Shown here one piece after another: positions 1 to 10,059 of a DNA stretch of 49,592 bases; the stretch's first letter is position 1, and every line of letters starts with the position of its first letter. The position numbers and the translations under genes are program-made. Source of the DNA: a bacterium (GTDB taxonomy: Bacteria; Patescibacteriota; Minisyncoccia; Minisyncoccales; CG1-02-41-26); assembly GCA_021158045.1 (NCBI GenBank), contig JAGGVK010000018.1:1-49592 (forward strand), in the 5' to 3' direction. The notes beneath the pieces were generated by a model. It was not told the origin of the DNA, searched no databases, and saw nothing but the letters and a program-made list of their open reading frames with translations.

Positions 1-1
1 A

Positions 2-1789
2 GACGCTTCTCAAACAGCAAGCACAAGCCTTGATGTAGGAATTATAAAATCATTTATTTCCACAACTTCTTTTTCAACTTCATCTTTAGAAAGCATATCC
101 TCAACCGCGAAAGATATAAAAGATTGCGCAGGATGTAGCGGGCATTCTTCTTACCGCAAGAGTAAAGTTTTTGCAGACATTCAAGATATTTGCGTTTATC
201 GTCCTCTTCATCCCTCTCCTTCTTCAGTCTGCGACCAAGATGTTATCTGCCCAAGTTCAGCAGATATCCAAAATGAAATTAAAAATTACATAGGCCCTAT
301 TGGAAATAAAATCAAGTATCTTAAAGGACATAATATAGGCGACGCCTCTGGAACTGAGGAAATTGTAGAAAGAGTAAAGGACTATATCCTTTCCACTAGT
401 TCAGATTTGGATTCTTCAACTACAGATTTAAAAAATAAAATTGTTTCTGATGCAGAAAACATTTACAATAACAGTGGCAAATGTGGTAAATGCAGCGACA
501 CCGAGACAATCCAAGAAAAAGCAGAATATATAGAAAAGGAGATAAATTCATTTGCTGATATTGTTTCTAAAATTGCCAATGCTGCCCAAGAACTTGTTAG
601 CATTGCCAAAGCCTATAAAATCAAAGCCAGCAGCGCTGAGGGGAAGATAGAACCAATAAAAAAAGGGTTTGAAGACATTGAAAAGGAATATTTTCTTCTA
701 CAAACATCCTTTTTTGTTTTCTATAATAAAGGAGGCGGCGAACCGGCGCCTGCTTGCGAGCCAGACACCTTAGCAGAAAAAGGCGACAGATTCTCTGCGC
801 ACGATTGCCAAGACTTGGAAGAGCCTGACCTTAGCGGAACTTGCATCACCAGCACTGTGGCTACAACTATTGACTGTTTTATAAACAAATTAAACATTAT
901 AAAAGCAAGCACCACAGACTTGATAAACAAACTTCAAGAAATAAAAAGCGCTGACGACGATATCTCTGACGAAATAAACTCTGAAATAAGCTCTCTTATA
1001 GAGAAAGCTACCGCAGTTTCAAGCACAATTGAGGATATTAAGTCCTTAACTAAAAATAAATTGCAACCCACTCTTAGAAAGGTTGAAAGTGTTTTTAAGG
1101 CTTTTGATTTCCTTGGAACTCTCTGGGATATTGTTAGTCGCCTTATTATTCCTCCTACTATTTCTGTTGATATTGGCACTTGGCACGTTGGTGAAATAGA
1201 AAATCAAAATAATATCTTGAACAATTACCAAAGATTGATGGCATCAACCTCTCAATGCACGAAAGAGTTGACCTTGCCCGAACTTAAAATAACCACTTCA
1301 GAGTCAGACAGCCTGCCTCCTGACACAAGCACTCCTACAAATCCTACACTTTTCAAATGCACTTCTGGAGAATGCACAAATTACAAAGGGGGTAAAACTA
1401 TATTTCCTGATTTGAGTTTGGGTTCAAAGATAATTAAAGGAGCACACTATACAATAAGGAGAGAAATAAGGGAAATAGAGAATATCATCGAAGCAGCAAG
1501 CCCGGAAGAAATGGAGGCATTAAATAAAATCAAAAACAAAGCCTTAAAAATAGGCGGCCAGTCTGGCGCAGATATGTGGATACGATATCTCAGCAAATTG
1601 GTTGTTAATAACGCAAGCCAATCACTTTGCGGACAAAGTTTGTGCTTTGGAATGTTCTGCTATACAGGTATACCTGCTGCTTGCAATTGGTCACCCAGTG
1701 TTTGGTATTGGCTTCTTACTTGGTTGCTCTCTTTCCCTCTTAACTCCGCAGCAGATTATTTAGGGGAAGTTCTTTCTTCTCCTGATTGA
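2..1789 (+). CDS. Large secreted/surface protein, 5'-partial. The frame is open from the window edge; the track only lists 407..1789.
   Basis: Frame 2 has no stop from nt 2 to TGA at 1787-1789. Ser/Thr-rich with paired Cys and a Trp-rich hydrophobic C-terminus (WYWLLTWLLSF). No family recognised. Confidence 0.6.
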   Translation, partial: DASQTASTSLDVGIIKSFISTTSFSTSSLESISSTAKDIKDCAGCSGHSSYRKSKVFADIQDICVYRPLHPSPSSVCDQDVICPSSADIQNEIKNYIGPIGNKIKYLKGHNIGDASGTEEIVERVKDYILSTSSDLDSSTTDLKNKIVSDAENIYNNSGKCGKCSDTETIQEKAEYIEKEINSFADIVSKIANAAQELVSIAKAYKIKASSAEGKIEPIKKGFEDIEKEYFLLQTSFFVFYNKGGGEPAPACEPDTLAEKGDRFSAHDCQDLEEPDLSGTCITSTVATTIDCFINKLNIIKASTTDLINKLQEIKSADDDISDEINSEISSLIEKATAVSSTIEDIKSLTKNKLQPTLRKVESVFKAFDFLGTLWDIVSRLIIPPTISVDIGTWHVGEIENQNNILNNYQRLMASTSQCTKELTLPELKITTSESDSLPPDTSTPTNPTLFKCTSGECTNYKGGKTIFPDLSLGSKIIKGAHYTIRREIREIENIIEAASPEEMEALNKIKNKALKIGGQSGADMWIRYLSKLVVNNASQSLCGQSLCFGMFCYTGIPAACNWSPSVWYWLLTWLLSFPLNSAADYLGEVLSSPD

Positions 1790-1828
1790 TAACAAAGGGC
1801 AAATAAAATCTTGTGAAAATTCCTTAAA

Positions 1829-3814
1829 ATGCAACCTATAAATTTCAAAAAAAACATAAAAATCGTTTTAGGCTTTCTTATAGCAGCAAACCTTTCTTTT
1901 GCCAGCCTTGGACTGGCAATTCATCTTTCCCACAGTTCTAAAACATTCGCCCAAAGCCCTGTTGACGAGTTTTCTGCCGGCTCTGCGGGCACTTGCTTTG
2001 ACAGCATCCCTATTGGCGAAGCCACTGAAAAAACAGTTGATTTTCTCAATGTTATTTACACAAACCTTCAAACCATCCATCAAATTATTCCCCAGCAAAT
2101 ACAAACGGCAGAAGGCGTTTTAGGGGAAGTAGGCTCCCCAACTTCTTCTTGCTCTTGCGGGCCTGATAAAGTTACGCCTTTCTGCGTTAATTCGCCAATA
2201 ACCATAGCATTAACAGCTACCTGCTTCGGAATACCTGCCTCCTTTAACAGCCAAATCCCTTTTTGCGTCAACAGCGCTTTGTCGTTTGACCTCACTGCTC
2301 TTTTGAAATACCTTTTCCCTCAGTTTTTTCCCGAAAGCGTTCCCTCTCCTTCAGTTAGCCTTCTCGCTAACACTTATTCAGGCAGGCCCTGCCCAAACAT
2401 AGATTTTGACTATGAAATCTTAAAAGACACTTACAACCGCCTTGCCTCTTCTGTTGAAAACATTGAAAATGTTGTTGGCTTGTCAAGGAAGAAAACAGAA
2501 AATGTTACTGATGATATTATGAACCTTGGAGAAAGCACAACTACAAAAATAACCCTCTTGGAATTCATCAAGAGAAAATTAGATATATCAAGGAAAAAGT
2601 TTGACGCTTGCTTCCAAACTGTGCCCCAGCAAAGAGCCGCTTTGAAAGGAGAAATAACATTAAAGCAAGCAATGAAATGCACAGATTCTTTTCCTGGAGG
2701 CGATTATTCGTTTACTGAAGAAAAAATTAAAGAATGCAAAGACAAGATGGTTTGCTTAAATTATCCTACAGAAACAGACGATGAAAAATGCGGAGATATT
2801 AGTTGCAGCGGCACTTATGAGAAAACTGGCATAGAAAGCCCAACTGCTACTCAGGTTTGCTGGACAAAAAAGCCTTTAACAGAAAACAGGTGCCAAAAAA
2901 TGGGGCAATGCAAAGAGCCTAATTGCTCAGATTGCGATTCCCAGCCAACATCAACGCAAGTATACAGTTGCGGGACTTGCTGCTATATCAAGGAGGAAAA
3001 CTGCACAGGAACCAATATGGGCACTTGCACTGTTTATGGCAAAGATAAATATATTGGCTATATGTATTACACAACAGGAACAGAATCTATAACTGACACT
3101 AACTGGTGGAAAGCAGGAAAAATATATTGCACAGGCGATTCTTGCGGCGCCGAGGGGACATATACAAAGAATCCAAGCGAAGACGCAACAATAGCCACTT
3201 GCGGAGTATGCCAATACGCTGACCCCAATGATTCTCCAACGCCTGACCGGTCAAAAGCCGTATGCAAAAACTATCCGGACAACACATCTTGTGGAATATG
3301 TAAGGTATGTAAAAGCGGAGAGTGTTCTCCTATAAAGAGAAGATATTACCAAGTGGTAGCGTCAGATTCCCCACACGAAAATTGCAAAGAGACACCCGTA
3401 CCTGAAGAGGGAGATGTTCGTTATTTAGGATGTTCGGATTGTCCGCAAAAAACGTTTACCTACACCACTGGTAAGGACACAAGTTCTGAGATGAATTATA
3501 CGATTTTCTACGGATGCTATAATGGCAGGTGTTTAAATAAAGAAGATATTGGCTATTACTGGTCAAACCGTGGTACTGACCGTGGCTACAGCTGTAATAC
3601 TCTCTGCCAAAACCATAATTTCGAAGGCGCTCTTTATGGGATTATTGTAGATAACGTGTTCAGAGTAAAAAGATATATTGGACCTGATAATGAGATGCCT
3701 GATGGTAGCAGCGTTTATGCTTATAGGACTATAAAAGGACAAAAAGAGTATGCTTTAAACTGCGGGTGGACAAACTGGTTCACTTTCTGCGTTTGTGTTA
3801 AGGAACCAGATTAG
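1829..3814 (+). CDS. 661-aa secreted/anchored cysteine-rich protein
   Basis: N-terminal hydrophobic anchor (IVLGFLIAANLSFASLGLAI). Many CxxC/CxC clusters in the C-terminal half (CGICKVCKSGEC etc). Long ORF in an AT-rich genome. Confidence 0.7.
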   Translation: MQPINFKKNIKIVLGFLIAANLSFASLGLAIHLSHSSKTFAQSPVDEFSAGSAGTCFDSIPIGEATEKTVDFLNVIYTNLQTIHQIIPQQIQTAEGVLGEVGSPTSSCSCGPDKVTPFCVNSPITIALTATCFGIPASFNSQIPFCVNSALSFDLTALLKYLFPQFFPESVPSPSVSLLANTYSGRPCPNIDFDYEILKDTYNRLASSVENIENVVGLSRKKTENVTDDIMNLGESTTTKITLLEFIKRKLDISRKKFDACFQTVPQQRAALKGEITLKQAMKCTDSFPGGDYSFTEEKIKECKDKMVCLNYPTETDDEKCGDISCSGTYEKTGIESPTATQVCWTKKPLTENRCQKMGQCKEPNCSDCDSQPTSTQVYSCGTCCYIKEENCTGTNMGTCTVYGKDKYIGYMYYTTGTESITDTNWWKAGKIYCTGDSCGAEGTYTKNPSEDATIATCGVCQYADPNDSPTPDRSKAVCKNYPDNTSCGICKVCKSGECSPIKRRYYQVVASDSPHENCKETPVPEEGDVRYLGCSDCPQKTFTYTTGKDTSSEMNYTIFYGCYNGRCLNKEDIGYYWSNRGTDRGYSCNTLCQNHNFEGALYGIIVDNVFRVKRYIGPDNEMPDGSSVYAYRTIKGQKEYALNCGWTNWFTFCVCVKEPD

Positions 3815-3836
3815 ATTATTTAGCGCACTGGAGAAC

Positions 3837-4258
3837 ATTATCAACGAGACCCGGACTCGTTGTTACTTGTTGTTATTCTGAGCCGTTAGGCGAAGAATCC
3901 CCCCCATCAAAATGCAAATCTCAAATCTCAAATCTCAAAATGACATCCCTTTTTTGTCATTGCGAGGAGTCCTGTGATAAGCACTTTCCTTTTTGTCATT
4001 GCGAGGAGGACCGCCGAAGACGGGACGACGCGGCAATCTCAGGATTCTTTGTCATTTGTTTTACTTGGAATGATTACCAACTGCCATTCTGAGCCGTTAG
4101 GCGAAGAACCCCAGTAAAATCTCAAATCTCAAATCTCAAAATCACATCTCAAAATTCAAAATTACAATTCAAAATTCAAAATTCAAAACCAGAAAATGCA
4201 AATCTCAAATCTCAAATCTCAAAATGTGTTATCAACGAGACCCGGACTCGTTGTCATT
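3837..4258. repeat. Mosaic dispersed-repeat cluster 1
   Basis: Contains (AAATCTC)n runs, GTCATTGCGAGGAG modules and TCTGAGCCGTTAGGCGAAGAA modules. ATCAACGAGACCCGGACTCGTTG hairpin modules sit at both ends. The same modules recur in four other clusters. Confidence 0.9.
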
Positions 4259-4322
4259 CAATCCAAAATTAGTAGCCGCTGGGTTGTTGGAGATTTTGAA
4301 TTTTTAGTTTATAATATATAGT

Positions 4323-4670
4323 ATGAACAAATCATCAGCTTTGGCTTTGACAATTATTTTCCTAATAAGCGTCTCTTTAAGTTTTCCCTTGTGCAATCTT
4401 TGGAGGAAGCACTCTTTTGCTGCGCCTGCTTTTCTTCACCCTAAAGCATTTTCCAAAACAACTCATCAAGTTTCAAAACAAGGCAAAATTCCTGAAAATG
4501 TTTTCTTTTCTATTCCTTATGCCCAAGCCCAAATAGGCACTAGCCCCCCTCTTGAAAGTTTAAACCGGCCCTTGGAACCTTGGGAAAAAGATTTTCTAAA
4601 ATGCCTTTGCGGAGGATATAGATTAAACTGGGTTTGCTGCCATGTTTACAACCAGTTTATTCCTGAGTAA
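4323..4670 (+). CDS. 115-aa small secreted Cys-containing protein
   Basis: Signal-peptide-like N-terminus (ALALTIIFLISVSLSF). C-terminal CLCGG...WVCC. Co-oriented with its neighbours. Confidence 0.45.
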   Translation: MNKSSALALTIIFLISVSLSFPLCNLWRKHSFAAPAFLHPKAFSKTTHQVSKQGKIPENVFFSIPYAQAQIGTSPPLESLNRPLEPWEKDFLKCLCGGYRLNWVCCHVYNQFIPE

Positions 4671-4718
4671 TATTGTTCTTCAGAATTGCATAATTAAAAA
4701 TTCAATTGGTTAGCAACT

Positions 4719-6221
4719 ATGTTAATAAACCCAATAAAGAAAAACAAAAAAATAATTTTTCTCTTTTTAATAGCAATTTTTTTTGCTATTTTTACAACAA
4801 ATTTTGTTTTTGCCCAAGGGCTTGAAGTCCACTACCCTTCAATACCCTCAGAAAAGGGCGAAATCACTATCACTGCCACCTCAACTGCTCCCCAATACAT
4901 TAAATATATTTTCAATTTTTCTTTAATTATCGGGGCAATTATTGCTTTTGGCGCTTTGGTTTACGCTGGATTTATTTTTCTGACATCAACCGGCAAACCT
5001 GCCTTATTAAACGAAGCCAAAGACAGAATTTTCAGCGCTGTTTTAGGACTGGCGATATTGCTCGGTTCTTTTGTTATTTTAAACACTGTAAATCCTCGCC
5101 TTACTGTGCTCAAAGTTAGAAAGGTAAAACTCCCTTACCAAGGCATACTGCTAAAAGATACAGCAAGTGGAAAGGAAAAAGTGTTTTTCACAAGCGTAAG
5201 CGACTTTGGAGATTTTGAACCTTCTGAATATAAATTTCTTTCTCCGCGAGACAAAATAGAGGTTACTCTTTATTCTGGACTTAATTTCAGCGGCACAAGC
5301 ACAAATCTTATATATTATAACGGCGATACTCTTAAGTTGCTTTCAGATGTATATCGTGCAGGTATGGATAGGGCTTATTCTATGAAAATAAAAGGCATAG
5401 GCCCAGGAGTTTATTTATATAAAGAAACAGATGGAAATTTAATAGAGTTTGGCCCAGTTACCGAGCCAATACCTGACCTTAGTTTTTATGATTTTTCCAA
5501 TCCAACAAAAATAAGAATAAAAAATGGGCCAGGAACAAATTTCTTATCTATTCTTTACAACAAAAAAAATTTCTGGGGAAAAGATAAAGGAGCAAGAGTA
5601 TTTTTCCAAAGGCAAAGAGTGCCTGGAGGAGATTGTAATCCTACCTCAACATGCGATGGCTCTTTTGGCTCTTTAGTCACTTCTGGCTGCGGATACAGAG
5701 GCATAGGTCCTTACCTTAATAGCGGCGCTGCTTCTACTTCCACTTGCGGAAATATTGCCACTTCTACACAAATGGTAGACATTAATAAACAAGACAGATA
5801 TGGAGAATTAGGAGGGACTTCCCTTTCTTTAGGTATTGCGCAATTAGACACAAGTTCTGAAGCAACTTGCACAGTTACCCTCTACAAAAAAGTAAACTAC
5901 GAAGCCTCCACAACTGCTAATGAAAAATGCGAAATACACAAATTTATTTTTGAGCCAGAAGCCATTGATAAAGAAGATATATGCGGAGATGATTGGAACG
6001 ACAATGTGCTGTCAATGGAAATAAAAGGCAGGTGCCTTGTCCTTTTATTTGAAAACAGAAGAGACAACTGTAAACTTATAAGACCTTATTATTGCTGGTC
6101 AAGTTACGGAAGCCGGGCAGGTCCAGGAATAACAAACGCTTTTGTTAGTGATGTTCCTGACCTTCGCGCATATCCTATTAAAAAGGAAGCCACAAGCATT
6201 GCCATTTATCCTTATAAATAA
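4719..6221 (+). CDS. 500-aa protein with an N-terminal CPR-type T4SS pilin-like (VirB2/TrbC-like) two-helix domain fused to a large extracellular extension
   Basis: Signal peptide, then YIKYIFNFSLIIGAIIAFGALVYAGFIFLTSTGKPALLNEAKDRIFSAVLGLAILLGSFVILNTVNP. I recognise this hydrophobic helix / charged loop / hydrophobic helix pattern as typical of that pilin family. Confidence 0.65.
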   Translation: MLINPIKKNKKIIFLFLIAIFFAIFTTNFVFAQGLEVHYPSIPSEKGEITITATSTAPQYIKYIFNFSLIIGAIIAFGALVYAGFIFLTSTGKPALLNEAKDRIFSAVLGLAILLGSFVILNTVNPRLTVLKVRKVKLPYQGILLKDTASGKEKVFFTSVSDFGDFEPSEYKFLSPRDKIEVTLYSGLNFSGTSTNLIYYNGDTLKLLSDVYRAGMDRAYSMKIKGIGPGVYLYKETDGNLIEFGPVTEPIPDLSFYDFSNPTKIRIKNGPGTNFLSILYNKKNFWGKDKGARVFFQRQRVPGGDCNPTSTCDGSFGSLVTSGCGYRGIGPYLNSGAASTSTCGNIATSTQMVDINKQDRYGELGGTSLSLGIAQLDTSSEATCTVTLYKKVNYEASTTANEKCEIHKFIFEPEAIDKEDICGDDWNDNVLSMEIKGRCLVLLFENRRDNCKLIRPYYCWSSYGSRAGPGITNAFVSDVPDLRAYPIKKEATSIAIYPYK

Positions 6222-6252
6222 TAAATAGAAATTGCGCTTCTAAAATAAAATT

Positions 6253-6277
6253 AAACCGCGTTGAGAGCGCGGTTTTT
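6253..6277. terminator. Bidirectional intrinsic terminator between convergent genes
   Basis: AAACCGCG-ttgagag-CGCGGTTT stem flanked by an A-run and a T-run. Confidence 0.6.
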
Positions 6278-6304
6278 AGTTTAGGTTTTTAATTCCAGTA
6301 AATT

Positions 6305-6760
6305 TCAAGCCGGCTTTATAACAACCCTTCTTTCAAATCTCTCGCCTATGCTTTCTGTTTTAACATCTTCTCTTTTTAATAATTCTAAATGTATAATTCT
6401 CCTTTCATAAGCAGGCATTGGTTGGAGCATCTTCTCTTTTTTGCTCAAGGAAACTTCGTCAGCCAAATTCCTTGCTAATTCTTTTAAGTAGTCAATTTTC
6501 TTTTTCTTATAATCGTTTATATCCAAATCAACAAAAAAATCGCCAACATTTTTCCTTAAAATTTTCCTTAAAAGCGTTTGCAGAACAAAAAGAGTTTCCC
6601 CGCCCTTGCCAATTAAAATTTGAGGCTCGTTCACTCTTAGAGAAATCCCCATAACCTTTTCGTCCTTGGGCTTAATTTCAATGTCGCAACTAATGCCCGC
6701 TTTTTCAAAAAACTCTTCTAAAATATTTTTTGTCTGCTTAATTATTTCTTTGTTAAACAT
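6305..6760 (-). CDS. jag: Jag/KhpB RNA-binding protein (KH + R3H)
   Basis: Position downstream of yidC. C-terminal R3H-like ERRIIHLELLKREDVKTESIGE. Confidence 0.8.
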   Translation of the reverse strand: MFNKEIIKQTKNILEEFFEKAGISCDIEIKPKDEKVMGISLRVNEPQILIGKGGETLFVLQTLLRKILRKNVGDFFVDLDINDYKKKKIDYLKELARNLADEVSLSKKEKMLQPMPAYERRIIHLELLKREDVKTESIGERFERRVVIKPA

Positions 6761-6769
6761 ATTTTCAAA

Positions 6770-7486
6770 TTAATTAACTCTGCCGTACTTCTTGTTTACT
6801 ATAACACTTTCTGCAATAGAAAACAATGTGCTGCAAACCCAATACAAGCCAATAATAGAGCCGAATTTCCAAACAATAAAAACTGTCAGCATTGGAAAGA
6901 AATAAAGCATTTGCGACTGGAACGCGCGAGAAAGTTCGCTTCCCTTGCCATCTCCTTTATTTTGCTTCCCTTGCATAATTTTTGTTTGAACATACTGCAA
7001 AACCCCTGCTAAAATAGCAAGAGCCAGACTTCCTTTTGAAAGATTGAGTATGCCAAATAATGTTGGCTTAATTGCTCCTGGGGGAGGAACAAAGGAGTAA
7101 AGAGTAGCTGAGATTACTTTGGGGTTTAAGCCTTTCAAAAACACATTATAGAGGGCTATAAAAACTGGCAATTGCACAAAAAGAGGCAAAATGCCAGAAA
7201 AAGGATTTATTTTCTCTTTCTTGTAAAGCGCCATCAATTCTCTTGACTGCTCAACTGATGTCTTATATTTTTTCTGAATCTCCTTAATTTTGGGTTGAAG
7301 GCGAGCCATTATTTTCTGGTTTTTTAAAGAATGAACAGAAAGGGGAAAAAGCAAAGTTCTTATTATCAAAGTCAAAATAACTACAGCCAACCCAAAATCA
7401 TGTCCGGGAAAATATTCATAAATCAAAATAAGAGCATTGAAAAGGGGCTTGTATAAAGCGATATTAAAAAAAGTTACAATCCACAT
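6770..7486 (-). CDS. yidC: YidC/Oxa1-family membrane protein insertase (short form)
   Basis: Multi-TM protein with the conserved rnpA-yidC-jag order and the LPLFVQLPVFIALY motif region. Confidence 0.85.
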   Translation of the reverse strand: MWIVTFFNIALYKPLFNALILIYEYFPGHDFGLAVVILTLIIRTLLFPLSVHSLKNQKIMARLQPKIKEIQKKYKTSVEQSRELMALYKKEKINPFSGILPLFVQLPVFIALYNVFLKGLNPKVISATLYSFVPPPGAIKPTLFGILNLSKGSLALAILAGVLQYVQTKIMQGKQNKGDGKGSELSRAFQSQMLYFFPMLTVFIVWKFGSIIGLYWVCSTLFSIAESVIVNKKYGRVN

Positions 7487-7506
7487 AAATAAGTTTTTTG
7501 ATTTTC

Positions 7507-7872
7507 TTAATAAAGTCCTGCTTTCTTTAAGATTTTATCAATCTCTCTTAAAATTTCTTCAAATTTTTTCTCTTTAATTTTCGGTTTCGCAAAAAAAATA
7601 AAATCGTAACCCTTTCCTTCTTTTACGACTCTTCTAACAGCCTCCCTTAGCCTTTTTTTTATCTTATTCCTTTTCACTGCTTTTCTTTCAACCTTCTTAC
7701 TAACAACGCAGCTAACCCTAAAATAATTCAGGCGGTTTTCGGCGAATTTTAAAGCCAAAAAATCACCTCTAATATTCTTTCCATTCTTTTGAATTCCCTT
7801 AAAATCCTTCTTTTTAATCCTTTTTATTTTTACTGCCACAGCATTATTAGAGAGCAGAATTAAATAAAGCAA
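7507..7872 (-). CDS. rnpA: RNase P protein component
   Basis: KKKDFKGIQKNGKNIRGDFLALKF...KKAVKRNKIKKRLREA, downstream of rpmH. The true start may be the internal GTG near 7839. Confidence 0.85.
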   Translation of the reverse strand: MLYLILLSNNAVAVKIKRIKKKDFKGIQKNGKNIRGDFLALKFAENRLNYFRVSCVVSKKVERKAVKRNKIKKRLREAVRRVVKEGKGYDFIFFAKPKIKEKKFEEILREIDKILKKAGLY

Positions 7873-7932
7873 CTTGGCTCAAACTCTGCTCCTTTTGAAT
7901 CAATCTCTTAAAAAATAGACTTTCATTAAACA

Positions 7933-8067
7933 TCAAACTGACAATTTTTTTCTTCCTTTTTTTCTTCTTCGAGCAACAATTTTCTGGCCGCTTTTCGTGC
8001 TCATTCTCTTTAGGAAACCGTGCTTTCTTTTCCTTTTTTTCTTTTTAGGATGATAGGTGATACTCAT
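7933..8067 (-). CDS. rpmH: 50S ribosomal protein L34 (not in the ORF track, below the size cutoff)
   Basis: Minus-strand translation [44 protein letters not shown] followed by a stop. Canonical L34 sequence and position. Confidence 0.9.
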   Translation of the reverse strand: MSITYHPKKKKRKRKHGFLKRMSTKSGQKIVARRRKKGRKKLSV

Positions 8068-8110
8068 ATAAGAATATTATTATCTTTTTTTCTTTCTATG
8101 TCAACAACAC

Positions 8111-8194
8111 TTTTTGTCATTGCGAGGAAGGAGCGAAGCGACTCTTTCTCCTCTGTCATTGCGAGGAAGGAGCGAAGCGACTGACGAAGCAATC
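8111..8194. repeat. Mosaic dispersed-repeat cluster 2 (two tandem GTCATTGCGAGGAAGGAGCGAAGCGAC modules)
   Basis: Direct duplication visible at 8115-8143 and 8154-8194. It gives rise to the spurious ORF 8114..8359. Confidence 0.85.
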
Positions 8195-8280
8195 TTGAAT
8201 TCTAATATACGCAGATATATGTTTAAATTAAGATATTGGACAACACAAAGCCCAAACATCTCCATTCCTATTTTCACAAA

Positions 8281-8289
8281 TTATCCACA
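8281..8289 (+). promoter_or_regulatory. Perfect DnaA box TTATCCACA upstream of dnaA
   Basis: Exact consensus 9-mer in the rpmH-dnaA intergenic region. Confidence 0.5.
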
Positions 8290-8444
8290 GTTTTTAAACA
8301 AGCAAGCGTTCTTCTTGATTTTTCAAGGCATTTGCTATAGTCTATGTTCTAGAGGATAATATAAAAAGGCTTTTATCTCAGTTTTTAACTTTTAGAAACA
8401 AACTTCGTTTTATATATTTGGCTTATAAGTTTCAGCCACAATTT

Positions 8445-9818
8445 ATGACCAACGAAGAACTCTGGCAAGCAGTGCTTGCTCAAATCCAATTTCACTTATC
8501 CAAGGCGAATTTTTCCACCTGGTTCCGAAATACAAAAATCGTTTCTAAAAAAAACAACGAGATTACTGTTTCTGTGCCCAATGCTTTCTCTAAAGAATGG
8601 TTAGAAAAAAAATACAACAATCTCATACTTAAAGTTTTAAGAACAATAGATAAAAAAATAAGAAGAATTAATTATATCGTTAAAACAAAAGAACCTGAAT
8701 TAAAGGTAAAAACAAAAACAAAACTATCAAAAGAAGAAGAAAAAATAAAAACAAGCCAATTAAAACTTGAGAATTTTAAAATTAACCAAAAAACAAACCT
8801 TAACCCAAAATATACTTTTGACAATTTTATTGTTGGCGGCTTTAATGAATTAGCAAGAGCAGCGGCTTGGGCTATTTCTGAAAACCCTGGAATGGTTTAC
8901 AACCCCTTATTCATTTATGGCGGCGTTGGATTAGGGAAAACCCATCTTTTAGAAGCTACAGGGAATAGAATTTTAAAAAGAAACCAAAAAGCAAATATAC
9001 AATATATTCCTTCAGACAGATTTATTTCAAGCATAGTGCAAAGCATACAAAATCACACTATTGAGGACTTCAAAGGAAAACTCAGAAAACTTGATGTTTT
9101 GATTGTTGATGATATTCAATTTTTTAGCGGCAAAGAAAAAACCCAGGAGGTGTTTTTCCATATATTTAATGAGCTTTATGAAAAAAATAAACAAATAATC
9201 CTCTCTTCCGACAAGCCTCCAAAAGCCATTCCTGCTTTAGAGGAAAGGTTAAGGTCGAGGTTTGAAGGAGGAATGATTGCTGACATAGGATTGCCGGATA
9301 TCGAAACACGTATTGCTATTTTAAAATCAAAATGTGGAGAAAATAATATAAACTTGCCCCAGGAAGTGCTGGAGTACATTGCCACAAACATCCAAAAGAA
9401 TATCAGGGAGTTAGAAGGCGCCTTAAACAGAATAATAACTTTCGAGAGAATAAATAATATAACTCCAGACCTAAAAACTACAAAGAAACTTCTCAGAAAT
9501 TTAATAGCCTCACCTTCGCGAATAACGAGCTGGAAAAAAATTTTACAAACAGTTTCTGATTTTTATAATTTGAAAAGCAATACTCTTTTAGAGAAAAGCC
9601 GCCGGAAAGAAATTGTTAAAGCCCGCCAGATAGCTATGTATTTAGCAAGAGAAGAATTAAAGGAATCTTATCCATCTATAGGTAGGAAATTTGCCCAAAA
9701 AGACCATACAACTGTTATGTACGCATGCAAAAAAATATCGCAGCAGTTAGATGTAGACGATAATTTGGTAACTGAATTAAATTTAATTAAACAAAGGATT
9801 TACAATATATTAATCTAA
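8445..9818 (+). CDS. dnaA: Chromosomal replication initiator DnaA
   Basis: MTNEELWQAVLAQIQ N-terminus, Walker A GGVGLGKTHL, and a C-terminal DNA-binding region (RQIAMYLAREE...KDHTTVMYA). The ORF also extends to a TTG at 8418. Confidence 0.95.
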   Translation: MTNEELWQAVLAQIQFHLSKANFSTWFRNTKIVSKKNNEITVSVPNAFSKEWLEKKYNNLILKVLRTIDKKIRRINYIVKTKEPELKVKTKTKLSKEEEKIKTSQLKLENFKINQKTNLNPKYTFDNFIVGGFNELARAAAWAISENPGMVYNPLFIYGGVGLGKTHLLEATGNRILKRNQKANIQYIPSDRFISSIVQSIQNHTIEDFKGKLRKLDVLIVDDIQFFSGKEKTQEVFFHIFNELYEKNKQIILSSDKPPKAIPALEERLRSRFEGGMIADIGLPDIETRIAILKSKCGENNINLPQEVLEYIATNIQKNIRELEGALNRIITFERINNITPDLKTTKKLLRNLIASPSRITSWKKILQTVSDFYNLKSNTLLEKSRRKEIVKARQIAMYLAREELKESYPSIGRKFAQKDHTTVMYACKKISQQLDVDDNLVTELNLIKQRIYNILI

Positions 9819-10059
9819 AAATAAAAAGCTGAGGAAAAAAGGTTAAAAAACTGTGATTATCTTCTTTAAAAAATGGTATAAATATAATGGAAGAAATATT
9901 AAAAACCTCCATTCCTTTTTTCTCCAAAATTTATTAACAGAAAATTAACAAAAAAGAAAAAAAGAAAACGTTTAAATTATTAATTATTTGACACCCTTCC
10001 ACTTTTATTTACTTTCTCTTAATAATAATCTAAAATTAATAATATATAATATTAAATTT

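Noticed and set aside
8114-8359. 81-aa + strand ORF (LSLRGRSEAT repeated). The ORFs 25078..25341 (+) and 25153..25443 (-) are similar cases.
   Set aside because: They are translations of the dispersed-repeat modules, and the tandem DNA duplication gives the duplicated peptide. They lie in intergenic repeat clusters.
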